Assembly (NCBI GenBank): GCA_963693365.1
Contig: CAVNZM010000138.1
Location: 1-5,008, forward strand
Length of the DNA: 5,008 nt
Direction: 5' to 3'
From: Amoebidium appalachense
Taxonomy: Eukaryota > Protista > Ichthyosporea
The stretch's first letter is position 1. Every line of letters begins with the position of its first letter. The notes under the pieces were generated by a model. It did no database searches, was not told the origin of the DNA, and saw only the letters and a program-made list of their open reading frames with translations. The translations under genes and the position numbers were made by a program. Below, in pieces: positions 1-5,008 of the stretch.

Positions 1-32
1 GCGCCAGAAACCTGTTCGTTGGTAGCAGCCAT
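1..32 (-). CDS. Possible 5' end of a divergently oriented gene (MAATNEQVSG...), running off the left edge
   Basis: The minus strand reads CAAACAACATGGCTGCTACCAACGAACAGGTTTCTGGCGC. The ATG at 32-30 has A at -3 and G at +4, follows an A/C-rich leader, and is open for the 10 codons to the edge. Too short to be conclusive. Confidence 0.25.
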   Translation of the reverse strand, partial: MAATNEQVSG

Positions 33-94
33 GTTGTTTGTGTGTATTTTGTGTTTGATTGTGAGCTTTTTCTCGTCTGCGAGCGCGCTTGCTA

Positions 95-125
95 TGTGCT
101 TGTGCCACTGCTGCGCTCGCGCTCG

Positions 126-182
<57 letters not shown>

Positions 183-216
183 CTGCCTGTGTGCTTGTGC
201 CACTGCTGCGCTCGCG
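95..216 (+). repeat. 27-bp perfect direct repeat (95-121 and 190-216) bracketing the (TG)26 tract
   Basis: TGTGCTTGTGCCACTGCTGCGCTCGCG occurs identically at both positions. Confidence 0.92.
129..180. repeat. (TG)26 microsatellite
   Basis: Perfect TG dinucleotide run of 52 bp. Confidence 0.98.
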
Positions 217-499
217 TCTAGTCTACAATGTGTGTGTTTAAAATGTGTCGGGAAAAACGTGAAGGAAATTCTACGTGTCTGTATTCAAAGAAGAAAAGGC
301 AGCTAAAAGCGCGACGTGCACAGACTAACAGGTCTGTGTTCTCGTTCTTTGTTTTGACTCTGGCCTGCTTGCAACGTAAACAGTTTCAGCGCCGGGGTGC
401 AAGTGACACGAACTGAAGTGGCGCGCTTCAATCATGTCATTGAAATGATAGCTGACCAATCAATAGTTTGTCCTGTTTGCCCAATTGCAAAATGGAATG

Positions 500-1170
500 T
501 GTATTGGGCAATACTCGGCGCGCATACGTGATAACTGGCCAATCAGTAAGATCGTTTCACCGACCCGGCTGCCCCTCTGCGTAGCCAAATTTGTGGCTAA
601 TTAAGTGTTATAACTTAGCAATAAAAATAATATACCCAAAATGATTAATTTATATTTATTATGCAAATATTTGCTTAGAAATTTGTGTGGAAAGCGTTTT
701 CTGAAACCAGTCTACGAAAAGCCTTTAGGATTTGCAACATCGTATCAAATTGGCTAATCAGATCATGCCATGGCCGACACGCGTTTGCCCTTAGTACCAG
801 TGCCCGATAGCCCCTATCCAACAATCACTGAATGATTCGCGTGCATTTGGGAATATTCGCGCCCGTGATAACTGGCTTATCAACTCGGCTGCTAATTATA
901 GTATTACCGCCCTTGCTCCCCAGGACCCTTCCGCGAAGCAATATATATCGCTAATATGTACCAATAAATACCAAAAGCACCAAAATAAATTGATTATACA
1001 CTTTCTTAATACAAAAATTATGTGTGGAAAGCGTTTTGTGAATCCGGCATCTGAAGAGCCGATGGGGCACTTGGCCAATCAGATTATGACATGCGCTGCC
1101 TGGAGTGCCAGTGCCCTATCACGTGGATCCAACTGTTATACACCAATCAGAGCACGGAGAAGTCCGCGAA
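500..1170 (+). repeat. Old, diverged tandem duplication with ~337-bp period
   Basis: CGTGATAACTGGC at 527-539 and 864-876, and TGTGTGGAAAGCGTTTT at 684-700 and 1021-1037, share the same 337-bp offset. TTGGCTAATCAGAT...CCAGTGCCC (from 750) matches TTGGCCAATCAGAT...CCAGTGCCC (from 1071). Boundaries are approximate. Confidence 0.75.
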
Positions 1171-1389
1171 TGAGATGGCCAATCAGATTATGAAATTCGC
1201 TGCCTGGAGTGCCAGTGCCCTATCACTGACGTGGATCCAACTGTTATACACCAATCAGAGCACAAAGAAGTCCGCGAATGAGATGACCATTGGACAATCA
1301 GATTATGAAATTCGCTGCCTGGAGTGCCAGTGCCCGATCACTGACGTGGATCCAACAATCAGAGCACCAAGAAGTCCGCGAATGAGATG
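1072..1389 (+). repeat. Three tandem ~100-115 bp units (1072-1175, 1176-1290, 1291-1389)
   Basis: Each unit reads TGG(C/A)CAATCAGATTATGA...GCTGCCTGGAGTGCCAGTGCCC...ACGTGGATCCAAC...CAATCAGAGCAC...GAAGTCCGCGAATGAGA. Confidence 0.95.
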
Positions 1390-1400
1390 CTATTGGATAT

Positions 1401-1402
<2 letters not shown>

Positions 1403-1455
<53 letters not shown>

Positions 1456-1486
1456 GTGTGTGCGTGTGTGTGTGCGTGTGTGTGTG
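1403..1486. repeat. (TG)n microsatellite: (TG)24 followed by CG-interrupted TG
   Basis: Pure TG at 1403-1450, then three CG interruptions 12 bp apart. Confidence 0.98.
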
Positions 1487-1724
1487 AGCTGTGTGTGCAA
1501 AAAGAGGGGAAATAAGCGCTGCATACAAAAGCCCCGAAGTGGAGTATACGACAAACCCAGCGCCCAAGCTTCATACCCAAAGTGGATACAATAAAAAGAC
1601 AGTTGCTGTGTGTGCAAAGCTGTGTGTGCAAAAAGAGGGGAAATAAGCGCTGCATACAAAAGCCCCGAAGTGGAGTATACGACAAACCCAGCGCCAGCGC
1701 TTCATACCCAAAGTGGATACAATA
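1487..1724 (+). repeat. 107-bp direct repeat with 131-bp period (1487-1593 and 1618-1724)
   Basis: AGCTGTGTGTGCAAAAAGAGGGG...GTGGATACAATA is identical in both copies apart from one 3-nt patch (CAA vs AGC). Confidence 0.95.
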
Positions 1725-1969
1725 TTTTACATCTCATGCACTACAAGGCTTGGCAAAGCTTGGTCCTCGGTCCTCAGTCCTCAATGGATCCCCTTATAAG
1801 AACATTTTGCTTCTAAAAATCATCGGTGATGGCCTTTTTGATCAGTTCACAGCCGCGTTTGCACATGAATGAATTTTGCTTTATTTTGGCTTTGTGTAAG
1901 AGGTTTTTTTCAGTTCACGGTGTGTTTGCACGCGATAGAATTTTCGTTTGCTTTGCTTTTTGTAAATAA

Positions 1970-2032
1970 TTCAGTGACGACTTTTTTTGTTCGTATCTCT
2001 ATTTCAGTGACGACTTTTTTTTGTTCGTATCT
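1970..2032 (+). repeat. Short tandem duplication with 33-bp period, in T-rich sequence
   Basis: TTCAGTGACGAC(T7/T8)GTTCGTATCT at 1970-1998 and 2003-2032. Confidence 0.9.
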
Positions 2033-2053
2033 TTTTTTTTTGGGAAGAAGTGT

Positions 2054-2080
2054 CTGACTCTGACCTCCACGTTTTTCTAG
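2054..2080 (+). promoter_or_regulatory. Putative 3' splice acceptor ahead of the coding exon
   Basis: Branch-like CTGAC at 2054 and 2060, then pyrimidine-rich CTCCACGTTTTTCT and AG at 2079-2080. It is preceded by T-rich intron-like sequence and lies 45 nt before the ATG. Confidence 0.35.
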
Positions 2081-2125
2081 GTAGTCTTTTCTATTTCACA
2101 TTCCCCTCTTTTGAATTTGTGAACC

Positions 2126-3480
2126 ATGGATAGCGCCTCGCAAATGGTCGGGCAAAGCACAAACCCCGCCGACCCCACCGACCCCAAAAAGGGCACCCCC
2201 ACAAACCCCGCCGACCCCACCGACCCCAAAAAGGGCACCCCCACCGACCCCACCGACCCCACCGACAAAAAGGGCACCCCCGCCGACCCCGCCGACCCCA
2301 CCGACAAAAAGGGCACCCCCGCCGACCCCACCGACCCCACCGACAAAAAGGGCACCCCCGCCGACCCCGCCGACCCCACCGACAGGAAAAGGGCACCCCC
2401 GCCGACCCCGCCGACCCCACCGACAAAAAGGGCACCCCCGCCGACCCCACCGACAAGGACGTTTCTTCGGCTCCCATCGACCATAGACTTATGGAAGCAC
2501 TACAGGCAGAAATGACATTGCAACTTAGTCAGGCTTTAGCCTCACTTGGCGTGACATCTGTGCCTGCTACACCCACCACCGCCGCCACCACCACCTTACT
2601 CGAATACAAAGAGAAATATGAAAATGCGGAGAAAGCGTTGCAAACGGTGAAAGATGAAAACAAACGGTTGACAGAAACGATTAGAGAGGTCAAAGAAGCA
2701 GCAGTCAAAGATAAATATACTGCTTCTGCAACGAACAACCTGTTGGCTGAGAGGGTTCAGGAACTCGAAGCTCGGCTCATTAGTGAGACGGCCGAAAAGT
2801 TATCCTTGCAGGATGAGGTGGCCTGGCAGAAGGAGGAAAATGCAAAAGTCGAGTCAGAGATGGCAGACCTGCAGAAAACCTATCGAAAGACAGTCAAGGA
2901 GAGCACACAAAAACTGCTTTTGGGCCTGAAACGCTCCCCCCATACATCCGACGTGGAGATACTCCCCCCCCCCCCTCTAGCGCTACCCAATCCGGTCGTT
3001 CATCCGTTGCCCGCCCCCACCAACGTCCTATTCAGAGTGCCCCCGCTCGCATAGACCCCATGATGTCCAATCCCCACACACAAACATCCGACGTCGAGGA
3101 GATACTCCCCCCCCCCCCCCTCTAGCGCTACCCAATCCGGTCGTTCATCCGTTGCCCGCCCCCACCAACGTCCTATTCAGAGTGCCCCCGCTCGCACAGA
3201 CCCCATGATGTCCAGTCCCCACACAAAAACCGGGCTCGGGCTGAAGAGGGGGGCGGATTCAGGTGGGAATGTGCCCAAACGGTTCCGGGGCGGAGAGAGA
3301 GAAAGGCCCAAGGAATCAATAGATAAGATTCTCGACGAAGCAGCCAGAGAGGAGGATGAGAAGAAGCGGAAAGAAAGCAGTCGTGCAGGGCAGGGCAAGA
3401 AAGAAAGACCATCGGGCAAGAAAACGGTGCTCCGCACACGGAGGCCTGTGACTTCCAGTGACGATGACCATTCGGTCTGA
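2126..3480 (+). CDS. Uncharacterised ~450-aa repeat / coiled-coil / basic-tail protein, interrupted as given by three small frameshifts (sequencing error or recent pseudogenisation)
   Basis: ACCATGG Kozak start at 2126. Removing GG at 2385-2386 restores the KKGTP repeat and reads ...TDKDVSSAPIDHRL into MEALQAE (ORF 2491). Setting the C runs at 2964-2975 (C12) and 3107-3120 (C14) to C13 reads SSATQSGRSSVARPHQRPIQSAPAR twice and continues into ORF 3205..3480. There are clear heptads at 2596-2928 and K/R clusters near the C-terminus. Confidence 0.7.
2159..2457 (+). repeat. Coding minisatellite: 2 x 42 bp, 5 x 39 bp and a partial unit, built from 9-bp subunits
   Basis: Encodes TNPADPTDPKKGTP twice, then (A/T)DP(A/T)DPTDKKGTP five times. 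AAAAGGGCACCCCC occurs seven times. Unit lengths are multiples of 3 except for the GG-bearing unit. Confidence 0.95.
2944..3225 (+). repeat. Intragenic tandem duplication with ~141-144 bp period (47-48 aa)
   Basis: ACATCCGACGT...poly(C)...TCTAGCGCTACCCAATCCGG...CCCCATGATGTCCA..CCCCACACA starts at 2944 and again at 3084. Confidence 0.95.
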
Positions 3481-3485
3481 AAGAC

Positions 3486-3532
3486 TTTGTGTGTGTTTTT
3501 TTTGTTTTGTTTTTTTTTTGTTTTTTTTTTGT

Positions 3533-3566
<34 letters not shown>

Positions 3567-3662
3567 CTTCGACTATGTTACATGGCAGAGCCTAAGACGT
3601 TGGAGTGATGCCGTGTGAAATGTGGAAAAATATAGACTTGGCTATGAAACACGGAAAGCATT

Positions 3663-3697
<35 letters not shown>

Positions 3698-3884
3698 GGG
3701 GGGGGGGGGGGGGGCTTCGACTATGTTACATGGCAGAGCCTAGGACGTGGGAGTGATGCCGTGTGAAATCTGGAAAAATATAGACTTGAAAGCATTGTTT
3801 TTTTTTTGGTTTTTGTTTTTGTTTTTTTTTGTTTTTTTTTTGGGGGGGGGGGGGGGCTTCGACTATGTTACATGGCAGAGCCTA
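3486..3884 (+). repeat. Three tandem units of T-tract, G-tract and conserved core (periods 148 and 142 bp)
   Basis: G34 (3533-3566), G18 (3697-3714) and G15 (3842-3856) are each preceded by a T-rich tract and followed by identical CTTCGACTATGTTACATGGCAGAGCCTA (3567, 3715, 3857). The first two units share a further ~55 bp. Confidence 0.95.
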
Positions 3885-4017
3885 CGGTTTCTGTATAATG
3901 TATAGGTAGAAGTTTTGGGATTTCTTTTTACAATCGGTTGGAGATGGATTTTATAAAAAGAAATCCAGTGTTATCTGAATCTGTGCTTACCCCACATGCT
4001 TGTATACACAGACGTGA

Positions 4018-5008
4018 TGCACGTCTAAGTCCTTCACACACTCAAAGAGTCCCACCACCCACATGCACTAGCACTATTTCTCTCTTCCTGCTCTGTATCC
4101 CCCCTCCCCCCTTCATGCATGCACGTCTAAGTCCTTCAATCCCCATGCCATGCACACACTCAAAGAGTCCCCCACCACCCACATGCACTAGCACCATTTC
4201 TCTCTTCCTGCTCTATATCCCCCCCCACCCCCCCCCCTCCCCTTCCCCCTTCATGCATGCACGTCTAAGTCCTTCAATCCCATGCCATGCACACACTCAA
4301 AGAGTCCCCCACCACCCACATGCACTAGCACCATTTCTCTCTTCCTGCTCTATATCCCCCCCCCCCCCCCCCCCCCCCCCCCTCCCCTCCCCCCTTCATG
4401 CATGCACGTCTAAGTCCTTCAATCCCCATGCCATGCACACACTCAAAGAGTCCCCCACCACCCACATGCACTAGCACCATTTCTCTCTTCCTGCTCTATA
4501 TCCCCCCACCCCCCCCCCCTCCCCTTCCCCCTTCATGCATGCACGTCTAAGTCCTTCAATCCCATGCCATGCACACACTCAAAGAGTCCCCCACCACCCA
4601 CATGCACTAGCACCATTTCTCTCTTCCTGCTCTATATCCCCCCCCCCCACCCCCCTCCTCCCCTCCCCCCTTCATGCATGCACGTCTAAGTCCTTCAATC
4701 CCCATGCCATGCACACATTCAAAGAGTCCCCCACCACCCACATGCACTAGCACCATTTCTCTCTTCCTGCTCTATATCCCCCCCCCCTCCCCTCCCCCCT
4801 TCATGCATGCACGTCTAAGTCCTTCAATCCCCATGCCATGCATGCATTCAAAGAGTCCCCCACCACCCACATGCACTAGCACCATTTCTCTCTTCCTGCT
4901 CTATATCCCCCCCCCCTCCCCTCCCCCTTCATGCATGCACGTCTAAGTCCTTCAATCCCCATGCCATGCATGCATTCAAAGAGTCCCCCACCACCCACAT
5001 GCACTAGC
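4018..5008 (+). repeat. C-rich satellite/minisatellite with 128-145 bp units, at least 8 copies, truncated by the window edge
   Basis: CACGTCTAAGTCCTTCA recurs at 4020, 4122, 4260, 4405, 4542, 4681, 4810 and 4938 (periods 102, 138, 145, 137, 139, 129, 128). Length variation lies mostly in the poly(C) segment. Confidence 0.97.

Larger units (their letters stand above)
456..1390 (+). promoter_or_regulatory. CCAAT-box-rich putative promoter/enhancer region
   Basis: CCAATCAG (NF-Y-type consensus) at 539, 1075, 1143, 1179 and 1251. CCAAT at 456, with variants at 754, 1294 and 1355. Octamer ATGCAAAT at 661-668, E-box CACGTG at 1120-1125, and TGACGTGG at 1227-1234 and 1342-1349. Function is inferred from motifs only. 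Confidence 0.5.

Noticed and set aside
19-416. ORFs 19..306 and 228..416
   Set aside because: The first is largely a CV-repeat translation of the TG microsatellite. The second is short and has no recognisable features.
1075-1349. ERSE (CCAAT-N9-CCACG)
   Set aside because: CCAAT and CCACG lie on opposite strands, and the spacing does not match.
1513-1900. Baculovirus-type late promoter motifs (ATAAG/GTAAG)
   Set aside because: 5-mers are expected by chance, none lies close to the ATG, and no viral core gene is visible.
896-2057. Multiple short ORFs, including 1091..1594 with repeated CLECQCP (zinc-finger-like)
   Set aside because: They are translations of tandem repeats and TG tracts. Unit lengths of 104, 115 and 131 bp are not multiples of 3, so the peptides change frame between units.
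2077-2738. Minus-strand ORFs 2077..2484, 2091..2477 and 2529..2738
   Set aside because: Antisense shadows of the stop-poor minisatellite and the coiled-coil exon.
3173-3439. Minus-strand ORFs 3173..3439 and 3177..3437
   Set aside because: Antisense to the purine-rich + strand coding tail, which has better support.
3469-3480. C-terminal PDZ-binding motif (DHSV)
   Set aside because: Position -2 is His, not the Ser/Thr required for class I motifs.
3565-3592. Resemblance of GGCTT...CAGAGCC to the histone mRNA 3' stem-loop
   Set aside because: The canonical element is a 6-bp stem with a 4-nt loop (16 nt). Here the arms are much further apart, and no histone ORF is present.
3938-4946. Pro/His-rich ORFs in the satellite
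   Set aside because: Frames switch with the variable poly(C) lengths, so there is no frame conservation between units.
3567-5008. CRISPR-like appearance of repeated cores with variable intervening DNA
   Set aside because: The intervening sequence is homopolymeric or itself repeated rather than unique spacers, there are no cas genes, and the context is eukaryotic.

Overview
Repeat-dominated, eukaryotic-looking DNA (long TG microsatellites, CCAAT boxes, Kozak starts; CpG not obviously depleted, so an invertebrate-like genome or an endogenous viral/mobile element is plausible but unproven). The main result is that three separate + strand ORFs (2126..2515, 2491..3054, 3205..3480) join into one ~450-aa reading frame after three small indels are corrected. 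Internal repeats point to each indel: a GG insertion at 2385-2386, and C12 and C14 runs where C13 keeps frame. The reconstructed protein has an N-terminal PADPTDKKGT repeat array, a ~110-aa coiled coil, a ~48-aa duplicated S/P/R-rich linker and a basic NLS-rich tail. I do not recognise the family. Upstream lies a tandemly amplified CCAAT-rich promoter-like region between two (TG)n tracts, with a possible divergent gene start at the left edge. Downstream lie three poly(T)-poly(G)-core repeats and a 128-145 bp C-rich satellite that runs off the right edge. Almost every segment of the window is locally duplicated.
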